Shown: positions 13,421 through 26,879 of the stretch, one piece after another
Position numbering within the stretch: the first letter of the stretch is position 1
Layout: every line of letters starts with the position of its first letter
Assembly: GCF_036321535.1 (NCBI RefSeq)
Contig: NC_087436.1
Span: 55,368,001-55,432,000, forward strand
DNA length: 64,000 nt
DNA from: Camelus dromedarius
Taxonomy: Eukaryota
Direction: 5' to 3'
The notes under the pieces: generated by a model
What the model saw: only the letters and a program-made list of their open reading frames with translations
Told to the model about the DNA's origin: nothing
Databases searched by the model: none
Program-made: the position numbers and the translations under genes

Positions 13421-16400
13421 AGTACACTTAGGAAGATCATATTTTGTCTTTAGCCTTCAAAGCTTCTCTATCCTAAACAGAAATACATTGAACAGAGTAT
13501 ACCACCATGAAAACATGGACTGTTAGCTATGCTGTCTTCACAGACTGCCATGATTTTAGCACTCTGACATTGGTTTCAAAGGTAGCCAGCCCTATTTGCC
13601 AGCGCTACAAAATAAATACACAGCATCAATTTCTTTTGCACAAAGGGATCATTTTGTGCACTTCTGCACAAAAAGTAAGACCTCTTCTCTTACTATTTTT
13701 CTCCAATTGATGAAAACTCTTTAATGTCAGATGCAATTGCAAACTCAGGGACTTAGGATTTAATGTCAAATTTTATGTGAAGAAATGTGCATAAATTTTC
13801 TTTTACAAGAAAAGTGACTGCTAAATTTGGTAAAGAATGAGACAGGCAAAAATCAGTAAAGGATAAAAAACTAAGGTGACACAATTGAAAATTGCAGAAG
13901 GACCAGGATAGAAGTAGATCCCTTTATGGAATGTTCAATTTTTCACCCTGCCTGTTAGGGAGAGGCAGCTTTGACACTAGAGCCACCCTGAATATTTTTA
14001 ATTTATGGTAATTGCTTTACAGATGACTATGCGCTAAGTAACTGTTTAGTAGATTATATATGGCTTGTTTCTTACCATTATTTTTAAATTGAGAACTTAA
14101 AGAGCTCTATAATCTTGAAATTTTCTCTTGATACCCTATAGACCCTAACAGCGGTTAAATATTTCCAAAGCATAGATTTGATAAAGCTAAGGTCTGTTGC
14201 TTTCTGTGTAAGTTCATTTAAAGTATTACATGAGACATTGTTTTGATTTTTCTTAGGGTCCTCTTTTTTATGTTAACATTCTATGTTGGCATTTATGTAT
14301 GTATTTTATTTCATTTAATGTATTTAGTTGATATTATTGCTGAAAATTCCAGCAATTTTGTTTGTTGTTTTGACACATTTTAATATTTAGACGAGTTAGG
14401 ATAATTTACTTTCATTCTCCACCATTCATTGTTTTTGTTGATGGTTTATTGGGTTTTGTATTAGAAAATATATTTAAATTATAAAATTAATATTTGTTGT
14501 ATTCTATATCCTGTAACATTTGAATAATATAAATTGCTTAAAAAGTTGTAAAATCAAGGTAAGAATAATACCTTTAATAGGATTTTAATGACTAAAGTAA
14601 AGTCAGCTTTTACCTTACAATAAAATACACAGTTCCACCAGTAAATATAGTTTAAATGAAACTGATAATGTTGATTCTTCCAGAGACATTGAATATGAAG
14701 ACTCTGGAGCTAGTGGAAGCATATTGATTATTCCTAATGAGTCTCTTAAATTAATGAGTCACCTGATGGTTCAGGAGCTTGTGCAGGTCTCTAAGAGGGT
14801 AAAAACGAGTGGTTTTAAGGTGATTTATAGACCTGAAATTAACATGATGAAAACAATAATGGCAACAGAATTTTCCCACCAAATGATTTAAAAATATAAT
14901 CAAACATTCAAATTACGAGTACTTTTATTATGACTGGGTTGCTGCATCATCCCATCCCCTACTTAGGTTCATTAAGAGCTACCACACTGAGAACACCCAT
15001 AAAAATCTTAGTTTCCTACATTTCTCTTGTAATATGTAAAATGTCAATATGCTGACATTTAAATATAAGATAGTGTAACTGACTCAAAAGTGTGCACAAC
15101 TTTTGTAGGTTCTTGCTTAGTAATAATAACAACTCCACATTAGCAATAAAAATAGTACTTACAGGATTCTCTCAGCTGTTGAATCCCTACTCAATGTTAA
15201 GTCACTGTTCAAAGCAATTGAATAGTGGTGATCCAGACAAACACGGTGGAGAGAAATGTAATTTCAAAATACATGGGTCAGATACTTTCTGACAGTCATC
15301 GGTGCTATACAAATTCCATATGGATGGCTATAACCAGTTTTCAAATCATTTTCATTTATATTAATCTTAACGTGGAGGGAGCAATACTATTATAAATTTA
15401 CACCTGAAAGTGTAGAGTCCAAAAGTAATCGAGAACTGAGCATAGCATAGAGATGAGAGAGAGAGAGAAAGGAACAATATAATATTTAAACTTATATCTG
15501 GAATGGGAAAGTCAACTGGACCATATCAAAAATAAACCAACTTCCTAAAAGCCATTATGCTTATGCTCCAAATAAGGGCAATAGAAGCATTTAATAATAG
15601 AAAAAAGTTTTAGTATCAACTACATTGTTTCAGTAACTTTTTCTTCTATATTTTACACTTCATACTCTAAATACAACAACTGTTATTTTTTTAGCTTTTA
15701 TCTAAATACTTTTTCAAATTCCACTAAAAATATATTGTTATCCTTATTTTTAACACATTTTCTTGGTGTTTTATCTCAAGAACTTGACTTTCTAGCAGAA
15801 AGCATTATAATTTGTAATTTTCTTATTCTCAGTATTTGAGTTTAAGGAAGTATGAACAATCTACCCTTGTTAATTACCCAATTTTATACAAATATGTTCT
15901 TGAGTTGAATGACATCTGTATATTTTGAAGCAATCATTTTTCAAGTAAATATTGTTTTATTTCTGATGAAAAGGTTTGTTATTGTTGTATCAAATACCAG
16001 CGTATATTCATTTATTTTATGCACTTAAATTATTTAGAGCATTTACAATCCTTCATTAAAGTGCATGTCTATGTGATGTCTCCCAACATAGTCTCCCCAT
16101 TGGAAGTACTGAGAATAGGAGTAAGGTTGTCAGGAATGTGTATAGTAAACTGCAAATGTCTCATTCTATAGAATACAATTTCCTGAAATTTGTAAATATT
16201 ACTTTAAAACACTGTGGTATACTATAGCACTCTCTATATATGGTTTTTTTTCCGCACACACGAACTACTTCATGTCCATATCTGTATCTGTACTAGTATA
16301 CATACTGTAAAATGCATATATATATGTATATACACATTTATACATGGATACATATAAACACATATATTTTTATAGTTTCCTATTGAATGTCAAAGATTAT

Positions 16401-16539
16401 TATGAATTCCTTATATTATAGTATTTGAGATTTTACTTAGTGTACAGATCTTAAATGTGGATGTATAGATTTTTAAATGCTGTGAAAACTCAAGTGTACT
16501 ACCACCATCCCCTAGCCTCAGGATCAGAGCCCAGGACTT

Positions 16540-16674
16540 TCTGGTTGAGTGAAAAGACTTTGGAGTCAGACAGTTTGTGCTTGAAAAGATATCTCTATCA
16601 CTTATGATATTATATATTCTTGACATTATATTTAATCATTTTGGCCTCCATTGGTCCAGCTGTAAAATTAGAAT
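16540..16674 (+). mobile_element. MIR 5' half (interrupted by L1)
   Basis: 'gactttggagtcagacag...ttggcctcc...ctgtaaaattagaat'. Confidence 0.7.
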
Positions 16675-17785
16675 GCAGTGCAAAAAGGGTGCCATGACAA
16701 TTAAATAAGAAAATAATAGTCTTTTCAACAAATGATGGGAGGAAAACTGGATATCCATATTCAAAAGAATTAAGTTGAACTCCTCATCTCACGCTATATA
16801 CAAAAATTAATTCAAGGTGCTCATAGATTTACGTGTAATACTAAATCCATAAGATACTCTTGGAAGAAACATGGGGGTAAATCGTCTTTGCCTTGGATTA
16901 GGCAATGATTTCTTACATATGGCTGTAACTAAAACTTCAATAAAGTGAAACTCCAACCCAGAAATAGATAGGGGATATCATATATTTGATAAAGGAACTT
17001 GTATCCAGAATATATAAGCTACATTTATAATTCAACAGTAAAAAGACAAAGAACTCAATTTAAATAATGGCCAAAGAAGTTTGAATAGAATTCCTCCAAA
17101 AATATATAGATGGCCAATATGCATATGAAAGGATGTTCATTTGTGGAATGTGATTCAAATGACAATGAGATACTGATTCACACCTACTGGATGGCTATAA
17201 TCAAAAAGAAAGATAATAATTGTTAACAAGGTTATGAAGAAAGAGGAACCCTCATACCCTACTGATGGGAATATGTTCACGTAAGAACTTAAACACATAT
17301 GTTCATATCAACATTATTAATGATAACCAGAAATTTGAAACAGTCCAAATGTCTATATCATTGATGAATGAATAAACAAACTGTGGTCTATTCATACAAT
17401 GGAGTGTTATTCAGCCATGAAAAGGTGTAAAGTACTCACACACACTACAACTTGGATAAACCTTGAAAATGTGCTAAGTGAAAGAGCCCAAGCACAAAAG
17501 AACACATTTTGTATGATTCTGTTTGTATGAAATATTCAGAATAGGCAAATCCACAGAGGCAAACAAGAGATTGACGGTTGCCAGGGGCTGGGTTGTGGCA
17601 GGAACGGGAAGTGACTACTAATGGCTATGGAGTTTCTTTTGGGGATGATGATAATACTCTAAAATTAGATAGTGGTGGTGATGGTTCACAATTCTGTCAA
17701 AATACTAAAAAATGCTGAATTGCACACTTTGAAAAATGAATTTTATGTTATGTAAATTGTATCTCAAAAAAACCGTTATGAAAAA
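16675..17785 (+). mobile_element. 5'-truncated L1MB-type element
   Basis: ORF2 end 'agtcttttcaacaaatgatgg...aaactggatatccatattcaaaagaat' and L1MB 3' UTR 'cagaataggcaaatccacagag...ggttgccaggggctggg...ttggggatgatg'; degenerate TSD aaaattagaat/aaaactggaat. Confidence 0.92.
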
Positions 17786-17905
17786 ACTGGAATATGAAAC
17801 TTAACCCAGGGGATGTTCTACACACATTAAAGAACATGTATATGTAAAATACCTATCCTGCCTGGCAGCCAGAAAGTACTCAGTATATGGTTGCTATTAT
17901 TATAT
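17786..17905 (+). mobile_element. MIR 3' half
   Basis: 'catgtatatgtaaaatacct...tgcctggcagccagaaagtactcagtatatggttgctattattat'. Confidence 0.7.
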
Positions 17906-18599
17906 CATTACATTACTAATATTTGAGGGCTCTGAAAGTCTTGACACTGACAAATGCATCAGCCTTTTAGAAAAGGGTACACTTATTAACTGAATGGAAA
18001 GGGTGGTGTCTGCTTTTATTTTCTTTGTAATTTTCTTTACTTATAGCCTGAATTAACCAAATTAAGCAGGTGCTTATTGGTATGCTGCTCCATATTATGT
18101 AAAGTTTTGTTTTTCACCAAACATTCTAATTTTAGAGATTCATGAAAGCATGGTAACTAAAACTTCACAAATAATTACCTCAGATAGTATTATATAAAAA
18201 TTCTTGTTCAGATTCTGTTTTAAATTTGGTCTTTCAAGAAAAAAATTTCTCTTTGCAACCAATAAAAAAATACTAAAATGTGGTATATGCTTGTCCATTA
18301 TACAGAACATGTAGATGGCTTGGATAAGAGTTTGTTAGCAACTAAGACCAAAGTCTGTATTTTTTTAAAGGCTTATGAGATAAGAGGTCTAGTCTCTTCT
18401 ATATTTCTAACTTTATTAAAATTTCTATAAAACCAAGGTGACATTACATTTAATGTTCATTCAAATCTGTTACTGAGTGTACTTCTCCCAAATGTGTTCA
18501 TGCTGAGTACGTGAATAGAAACTGTTCCACCTGGATTTTCTTTTCTTCTTTTGTGTATCAAAATCTCTTCTCATTGAAAGGAAAATTAATGTATTACAG

Positions 18600-18983
18600 T
18601 GGTAAGTATCAGTTCAATTGAACTTTAACTCCGTTTTTTTTTTTCTGGGCACGTGGTAGGACTATATACTTCTATCTGGAAGTTAAAACTGTCCTCACTA
18701 TTTGCTTTTACAAATAAAATACAGCTTCAAGGGGCATGTGTAACTTCCAGGCAGAAGCCATTAAGAGACAATGTATAGTACGTCCCCTTCCCTTTGCCAT
18801 GGTGACCAGGCATATCCCAGAGAGATAAAGCTCTATTTATCTGGGCCCCGTTGTGAGGAAAATTTGAGACAAACCTATAGCCAGAATGAGAAATTTACGT
18901 ATGTATTTGTTTGCTTGTTTTAAACCATTGAGGTAGTAGTTGTTTATTACCACCAGATCGCCTAGTATCTCCTGATTAACATA
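18600..18983 (+). mobile_element. Old MLT1-family MaLR LTR
   Basis: 'ttctgggcacgtggtaggactatatacttc...gtgtaacttccaggcagaagccattaagag...ttgttttaaaccattgagg...cctagtatctcctgattaacata'. Confidence 0.8.
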
Positions 18984-19439
18984 ATAACTTGGGCTATTTT
19001 AAAAAGTCTAAGATACTAGTATTCTACTTAACATTTAAGCATTAGGTCAAATAAAACATTCAACATCAACATATGCACTCCCATCCATATCCTTACAATA
19101 TATTCATATAAATTATACATTACTCAGAAAGTGTAGAGGTATTTTTAAGTTAAAACTTTACCTTGAAGAAGCATATTGATGGACTTTATGGTGTGAAATG
19201 ATGGTTAAGTACAATGTGTTTATAGTGGAATGTGTTATCCAACTTGCAAACATATGTTCATTACTTGTAATACAGATTTCTTCACACATTTGTTTCATAA
19301 CACCTAAATGTAGTTTACAAAACAGGAGAAAAAAAAAGTGGCTATTTTAAAGTAAGTAAAACTTACTATTAATACATGCTATTTTATATACTAGATGAAG
19401 CGAATGACATGAGTGATTTTTCAATTAAGTTAACAAAGA

Positions 19440-19785
19440 ATCTCTTGATTATGTTTCCTTCACAAGTATCATATCCATCATCTTGTCTCCAGTTCCACTG
19501 TCACATGTTTAGTTCAAGTTCTGACAGTCCTCCTCTGGGACTCTTAAATAGTCACCAATGTGTCTTTCCCACCTCCTAATCTTCCCTCTAGTGTTTTCAG
19601 AGCAAATGGAAACTCTCCTCTTAAAGAATCAGTGGCTTCCTTTTGTCCATAGAATCGAATCCAAACTCTTTTTCTCAACTTAAAGGGTCTTGCTAATGTA
19701 ACCACAGGGGCGAATATTCTACCGTAGCCTTCTTCTTACCCACACTTTATACCCAACCATACTAAGATAATCGCAGTTCTCATAA
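19440..19785 (+). mobile_element. L2 fragment
   Basis: 'cagtggcttccttttgtccatagaatcgaatccaaactc' is a typical L2 motif. Confidence 0.7.
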
Positions 19786-20299
19786 TGCAACGGAGTCCAA
19801 ACTCGTTCTGCTCGCTGCATGACAGGCCAATAAATTGGGAGACAGGGTGTTGGGGCCAAGGAATAATGACTTTTTTGGAAAGCCAGCAGACTGAGAAGAT
19901 GAGGGACTAATGTCCTAGAGAACCATCTTACCCAAGTCAGAATTCAGGCTCTTTTTATACTAGAAGGGGAAGGAGTGTGGTTGGTTGTTGGTAACTTTAC
20001 AGTGTCAGAATCCTTGTTCTTGCAGCTGTCCAAGTAGGGCAAGTCACGGTGTTTCTGTAAATCCCAACAAGACAAATGTTATTCTCTGTTTTGCAAATTT
20101 TTATCTCTATGTGAATGGAAAAGTGTTATACACTTAAAGGTCAGAGCCTTGAATAGGCTCTCCTGTATGTTCAGGCTACAGGGCAACATTCTTTTACAAA
20201 AGGGGCAGAACCAGCATGACTAGCACAGGCAACAGGCCTCAGGGTTAGAGCTAAAGAAACAGATCTAATATGGAGTCAGATTTACTCTTCCCTATTACA
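19786..20299 (-). mobile_element. ERV1-class solo LTR, lineage-restricted type
   Basis: TG...CA termini, 514 bp, 4-bp TSD ataa/acaa, minus-strand TATA (tttttata ~19952-19959); resembles recalled cetartiodactyl ERV1 LTRs. Confidence 0.85.
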
Positions 20300-21261
20300 A
20301 CAAGAAGCCAAAATTGTTTAGTCTTCTGAATATTTGTTCCCAATACTGACTGTGTTAACAATATCTCTTTCAAGAAAAACATGTCAATAAATACAGCAGC
20401 ATCACCCTAAACACAGAACCATTAAGCTCTACTTGAGTGTGACTAAATGGACGCCTCACTGTCTGCTTCCTCTTCTTGTACCTTGCCTACAGTTGTTTCC
20501 CCTAAAATTTGACGTTCATTATTCCAGCCCTATGTCAGCTGCAACATAGATCTCTGCTTACTACAAGGTCAGTTAAAACTCTTGTACCTGTGTCATTCCA
20601 CATTCCTCCATAATGAGTTGCCAACTACATTTCCAGGTCCAAGACTGCCAGTGTGAGGTTCCCACCATCTCCAAACGTTGCTAACCTTTTAAGAGCCCTT
20701 ATTCATCCTCTGTTACTTTCACCATACCCACTTTTTGAATGTCATCAATTTAAGTCTTTATTATGTGTATAGTAAATTATTATATATGTGGTTTTAAAAA
20801 TTGTTTGAAAGCATATAAAGTGAAATTAATCTTACTCATTTTTTCTTTCTACTCCTTATCCATTCCCCAAGAAACTGCCACTGTTTACAGCATCTGTTTT
20901 TAGTCTTCTGATGATTATGACAAGTATAACATTTTAAATAGAATATTAAATTAAATAGATCCATTCCACTATAGGGTTTAATGCAACTTAAAGTAAACTC
21001 TTTGTTGTTTTCAGTGTTTCTTTTGTGATATGTTTTCATCCATTTAAAAAATTTATTTATATTCATTTTGTTGAAATAAAAGGAACATGTGCTTTTATTG
21101 TAATAAGTGAAATAATACACAAATGGTGTAAAAAGTTAATAATCTCTTCTAACCTCCATTCCCACCCCTGCGGTGTGCTCAATCTTAGCAGACTGCTGTA
21201 TTTCTTCACCCATTCATCTCCAGTCATATAGTCCTATGAAACATATGTGCACATCTATAGG

Positions 21262-21560
21262 AGTGGCAGACACTGTTAGTCACTCATCCAATATTCATTT
21301 TTCTCTTCTACCTTATAGATAGAGCCCATTTTTTTAGAGAGGGGGTTGCCAGCCTGCCCTGTTAAAATATTTGCTCTTACAGCCTTCCTTTCAGATGGGG
21401 GCACAATGTGATACACTTCTGGGCAATGAAAAGAATGTAAATGCCAACTAGGTGAGTTTTTGGAAAAATTTTTAAAAGGAGGGAGGCTCAGCTGTCCCCT
21501 CTTAAGCTTGTCTTTTAGACTTTTCTACTAGCATATAGCTCTAGTAACTTCTAGTCCTTG
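21262..21560 (+). mobile_element. MLT1J-like MaLR LTR, 5' part
   Basis: 'gtggcagacactgttagtcactcatccaatattcatt...cagccttcctttcagatgggggcacaatgtgatacacttctgggcaatga'. Confidence 0.8.
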
Positions 21561-22914
21561 GAGATGGCTTGGTAAGAGTTTTCTCAAGTGAGTGGACTAT
21601 TCAAATATTGAAAAAAATATTTGGAAAATTGTTATTAGCTGCAAGATAAGGACACCAGCCATTCTGTCTTTATCGCAGGGATTGATATCTGCCTATCACA
21701 ACAAAATAGAACATAACATGATCTATTTGTTAAATCTATCAGCTATTATGAAATAGAATCTTGGATGATATTTATTTATGATGTCTTGGATTTAAGGTTA
21801 TAAGGTTTAGTGTCTTTAGCAATCTCTTATTTCAATTATCAGTTATTTAATAGAGGAAATTCTGTCCTTGTGAAATTCTAAAATGGATGTTATTATAGGG
21901 TGGAACATTTAATTTTGGGTTCCTGTTTGATGCCAAATACGAGAGCTAAGTCTGTAGTTTTCTTTATTCCAATGACGACTTTAATGAGTAAGTACAGAAG
22001 TGAATATCCAATTGTGTTTAGTGATTCTAATTTATTAAGCTAGCTCTATTAAATTCTGCTTGCCTCCACTTTCTCATCTCTTTTCCTATGAATAGGCTTA
22101 TATTTTCCATGTAAAGAATAATGTAAATTGTGCATTTTTCGTGACAATAATCATTACATGTGTGTTAGCATGAGTGTTTGTAATTCTGTGTTCACTTAAC
22201 TTAAAATGTTTTTCTTGATACTAAAGAGGATATAATTCAGTCTAAATTCTATATTTCAGTATAAAGTAGTATAATTCGGCCTTTGTAAGGAGACAGTTCT
22301 TTTTTCATGAAGGTTATTACAAATGGAGTGGTAAACGGAAGATGTGAGCTCACAGTAGCCTCAGACCTTGCAGCAAGGAAGAGAACATTTCTTCACATAA
22401 TTTACAATTTTAAAATTGTGGGTTCCAGTACTTATAATTCACAGACAGCAAACTTCACATTGATATAAACTTGAAATGAAGTCTGCAATTTTTTATCTAA
22501 ATTTAAGTAAAACTTTTTTTTCCTTCTCTTTCTTTTCTTGCTGACATTTGCTCCTAGCATAGTTTTCTTGCCTATTTAACTAACTTTTACTTCTTGACTT
22601 TTGGCTTATACTCAGCTGCTGTTTTTTTATCTTGTAAATCGTTTCATCATCTTTATTTTATTTCTTTTTCAAATCTCCTTTTTTTATCAGTTGCATGGGT
22701 ATACATTTTCAGAGTTCTAGTATGTCCAAGGACTACCTTTATCTTGCCTTTTGCACTTGACAAAAGGAGTCAGAATGAGAGATAACTGACCTGATGACCT
22801 GAGTCAACAAAAGAATCCAGGGAGCCACTATCTGATCATTCCAAATTGGGAATACTCAAAAAATTATCAGGTGAAATTCACATGGCTTCAATCATTGCCA
22901 CACTAAATTGGGCC

Positions 22915-23075
22915 AATTATGTACTGCTTGGCTTGGCAAAAGTACCTTTATTTATGAACTGACACCACTCAAAGTTTACTGAAGTCTTGGATAAAGTAAA
23001 AACAAATTGCATAAAAAAATGCTTTCAAAATTAGAAAACACTCCATATAATTGAGGCATTGTTATTATTATTAAG
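22915..23075 (+). mobile_element. Decayed MIR/MIR3 fragment
   Basis: 'cttggcaaaagtacc...aatgctttcaaaattagaaaacactccatataattgaggcattgttattatta'. Confidence 0.45.
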
Positions 23076-23264
23076 AGTAGATTGTGATAAATAAAATCAA
23101 CTAATGGCAAATATTCAGAGAAACAGCCTGTATATACTGACCAGATCTCCAGTCTTGGTAAGATAGTTTAGTAGGGTGATAGGGGGATCAGCTCAAGACT
23201 CAGGAATCCAATAGTTAACTCAATAGACTCCAGGGCAGTTAAATTCAGTCGTATTAGTGTCTAG

Positions 23265-23769
23265 TGCGAGAGGCAGAATACTAAAATGACCCTCACTGAA
23301 GCATGCATGCCTTTTAAAAATCTTTTTCCCTTCAAGTGTGATAGAACCTGGAACTTGGCTTCCTGCCAATAGAATATGACAAATTGGTGAAATAATCACC
23401 TCTGTAAGTAGGTTATACAAGATTCTCCTATTGGCTTCGAAAATGTAACTGGCTATGTTGTGAACAGCCTGGGAGCAGCACATTGCAGGGATCGAAGGGG
23501 AAGAGGGCCACTGGCTGACAGTCAGCGAGAAAGTGGGGGCCTCAGTCAATATAACAGCAAGGAACTGAATTCTGTCAGCAACCATGTGAGTCTGGAAAAG
23601 GATCCCAAGTTCCAGAAAGAAAGCAGCCAGGCCAACAAGTAGATTGCCACCTTGTGAGACCCTGAGCAGAGGACCTGAACTCCTGAACTGGAACTGAGAG
23701 ATAATGAAGATACGTTGTTTTAAGCATTAAAATTTTGGTAATGTGTTAAGCAGCATAGACACTAACATA
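23265..23769 (+). mobile_element. MLT1F/E-like MaLR LTR
   Basis: 'ggcagaatactaaaatgaccc...caaggaactgaattctgtcagcaaccatgtgag...cttgtgagaccctgagcagaggacc...ttgttttaagc'. Confidence 0.9.
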
Positions 23770-24399
23770 TCTAGTAATGAAAAGGGTTTAATCTAGCCTC
23801 TAGGAGTAGAAGGTTCACTTCATATTTTAGAGACAGGGTAAGCATTTTTATCCAGGAAAAATCATATGATGAGAGGGCTTGGGGCTAGTTTATAAAAACA
23901 ACAAAACAAAAGTTAAAAAATGAAACATGTCCACAGAGAAATATCAGGATAAATTAGCCAAAGTTACATTTTTACATTGTCTATACAGTTGAGTATAAGA
24001 AATCTATTAAAGAGTTACTTTATTGCTTCTGCAAGAGATGTAGCTTTTTTTTTTTCTGTTAAAGGGCACACTAGTTTAAACAGAAAAGACTGGAAATAGG
24101 AAGCTAAAGAAACCAAGTATGAATAGCTACACTCTATCAGAATTCTTTTAGTAAACTTAGACCATATTTTATTTAGGAAGGCAAACATTGGGGGGTTTTT
24201 TGCTTTTTTTGTTTTTTGGGTTTCTTTTGCTTTACAACTATGAAATAAAACGCTACACATTTCTTTAGAATCATTCAAGGATTTCTGTGTGTGTGAAAAA
24301 TGGAGAAGTATTTGCTAATTTTCCTTACCAAGTTAACAGAAATGTTTTTACTTCAAAATAATTACTGTGATAAGAATGCTGTAAGTCGAATGTCCACAG

Positions 24400-24640
24400 C
24401 TTGCTTGTATGCATGCATAATATCATAATATTTTTGGAAAGTATTTGGCAACACATAAACATCAAGTGACATAAACAAGTCAAGCCCTTTGAACCAGTTA
24501 TTCCACAATTTGGAATCTATCCTAAGGAAATAGCTGTAATTTATAGACTTTTACAATAAATACCATTTATTGCTCTATTATAGCAAAACTGTTTCAATCT
24601 AAATTTCTAAAGGTAAGGAAATTATTAACACTACCAGAAG
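24400..24640 (+). mobile_element. Old L1ME fragment
   Basis: 'tttttggaaagtatttggcaa...ccctttgaaccagttattccacaatttggaatctatcctaaggaaata'. Confidence 0.7.
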
Positions 24641-25032
24641 TTAAGGTGATTTTTACAAATAGTTTACAGTTAGTGGGTTTCTAACATCTCTACATCTCAT
24701 TTGCTCACATTCTCAGGGGAAACTCTGGGGAAGAAATGGTCCACAACCCTCTGACTTTCCATTCAGCACCTCTCATTTCCACACCTTGCTTTGACCTTGC
24801 CTACAGAGCAACCTCCTCTTATAACAAAAAGCAAAATTTAATGACTGTGAACATTTCTGAAGAATGTAGTTAATCTTTTATTGTGAATATGTGAGTGTGT
24901 GTTTCTGTAAGTTTAGACCCTGCATGTGAGAGAGAGCTTATTGCACTTGACAACCTTAAAAAAACAAGCTGTGAGCTTTGGGAGGAGAGTCAAGTCCGTC
25001 AAAGTTAAAAATTTCATTCCTTTCCCCATCAG

Positions 25033-25249
25033 ACCAGAGAAAAAGCATCACACTTAAAGCATCCCAGGCAGTTCCCCGAAAGAGTATCTAGGAGAAACTC
25101 GTTTCTTTCTTCATTCCAAAGTGACCATCCCTACCCCATAGATCAAATGAGTTCCTTTTTGTTGGAGTCTCTCTCTCAACCATCTTCCCCAGCTGCGAGC
25201 TGTAATGTGCAGAAGCAGTGGATTGACTTCCCTGCACGAGGGGAAAAGG
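25033..25249 (+). other. Candidate spliced exon (217 nt), host gene unidentified
   Basis: Acceptor tttcattcctttccccatcag| at 25032; donor AGG|GTAAGA at 25249/25250; frame starting at 25033 is open throughout; not recognised as a repeat. Confidence 0.4.
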
Positions 25250-26514
25250 GTAAGAATTGTTCTCCTATGATTTCATGTTTATTTCTCCTATTAGGCTTTT
25301 TAAGCAATTGAGCAGCCCAAGAAGACCCCAAAATGAATCACTCACTCTAGGAGGCTTTTACTTGCTGCTTGTTGTCCAAGTCATGCTCCACCTTTCCTCC
25401 AAAACACAGTCACCAACTGGCAAAAGGCATTTGCAGCACAATAAAAAAAAGCAGCTATGCATTAAAAAAGTACCTATGGAAGTACTGTCTTCCCTGAAAG
25501 TAAAATCACTCATCTTTCTGCATGAATGTCAAGTTAGAAGCATAGCTTTTTAAGTTTTTCTATCCTTATGAATCTCAAACTTTATAATATTTCATTCTTT
25601 ATAATATTCTTGGTAATTTTCCAAAATAAAAATATAAGCATTGTAAATTACTTATTGGGAATTTAAACTTATACCAAACATTGAGAGAATGCCATTTGTG
25701 GTCACATCCAATATTTATAAACCAGACAGAATATTTTTCAAATTATTCGAATCGAATACATTAGACCTGTGTGCAAAGTCAAAGGTGGACAGTGTTGATA
25801 CAGGGATAGTTTTCAATTTGTTAAAAAGAAGTATGTGCACTCACTTATATTTATACCTGGGGAAAACTGGGCAGAAGTAACTAATTTCATTTTATATAAT
25901 ATATCCCTCAAGTAAAAATAATTATTGTATTATGATCTAAACACAAATCACAGACACTTTGAACTCAAAATATTCAAATACTATTCTTTTTAGATTTGCC
26001 ACTGAGATATGAATACTATATATATCCCACTATTTGTTTCAGTAAAACACAGGGCTTATTTAAGTAGTCGTTCTAGGCACACAAATTCTCTTTGTCATGT
26101 AAAATGTAAAGACACAAGGCCAAACTTAAATGAGGAGATTTATTCTTTCAAAGACAGAAATAAACATATCTATTAAATATTTTCAAAATCAACTCACTGG
26201 TTTGTTTACTAATTCAAGCATTTATTTAGTCCTACCTGATATGAGAAGGTAAGCAGAACAAACTTCTTGGTATTCGAAGAGAAATAAGGCCTCCAGATAT
26301 ACTATATTTGACTCTAAATCTAATCAGTAAACTGTTTTTTTTAATCAACAGATATGCAGGACACTGAATGGCCAAAAATATACTCTTGATCAAACATTTA
26401 AAGAATATTTATTAAAATTCGAGTATTTTTGAGAGAGAAGAAAAAGAGAGACTTGTTTTTCTAGATTGTGATCTTGATAGATAAAGACTGGCACCCCAAT
26501 CAGAAAGTCAGCGC

Positions 26515-26670
26515 TTAATTTAATTTGCATTTATTCTTTTACTTGTTTATTGTCTGTCTTCCCGCTAAAGAGCAAGGGCCTTCTCAGTTTTGTTAACCAC
26601 TATAGCCTCATGGCAGTTAGTAGGTAACCAAAAAAAAAAAAAAAAAAAATTGTACAAATGAATTGATTAA
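26515..26670 (+). mobile_element. L2 3' end with an expanded poly-A run (26630-26649)
   Basis: 'ttgtttattgtctgtcttccc...gagcaagggcc...ttttgttaaccactatagcctca...tagtaggtaacc...aatgaattga'. Confidence 0.75.
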
Positions 26671-26879
26671 TCTTTGGATTTACGTGATCCAGGTTTTTGA
26701 ATCCTACATTGAATGAAATGCTTTCACTCGGCCCCTGCTGCCACTGAACTGCACTGCTTATACCACATACGACAGAAAATTCTCTTTGGCTTCTGAGTTT
26801 GTGCTTTGAGTATGTACAGTTATCAGGCTGCTGTGAAGTTGAAACATCAGACAAGCCCAAGGATCTCACCTGAGCCAGC

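Noticed and set aside
14601..14891. Stop-free plus frame of about 95 codons (LNETDNVDSSRDIEYEDSGASGS...) with a weak acceptor at 14683
   Set aside because: Short pyrimidine tract, no good donor, no homology I recognise
23220..23642. Overlapping 121-aa and 60-aa ORFs
   Set aside because: Lie within an MLT1 LTR
24762..24782. TTCAGCACC, left half of a REST/RE1 site
   Set aside because: Right half (GGACAG) is absent
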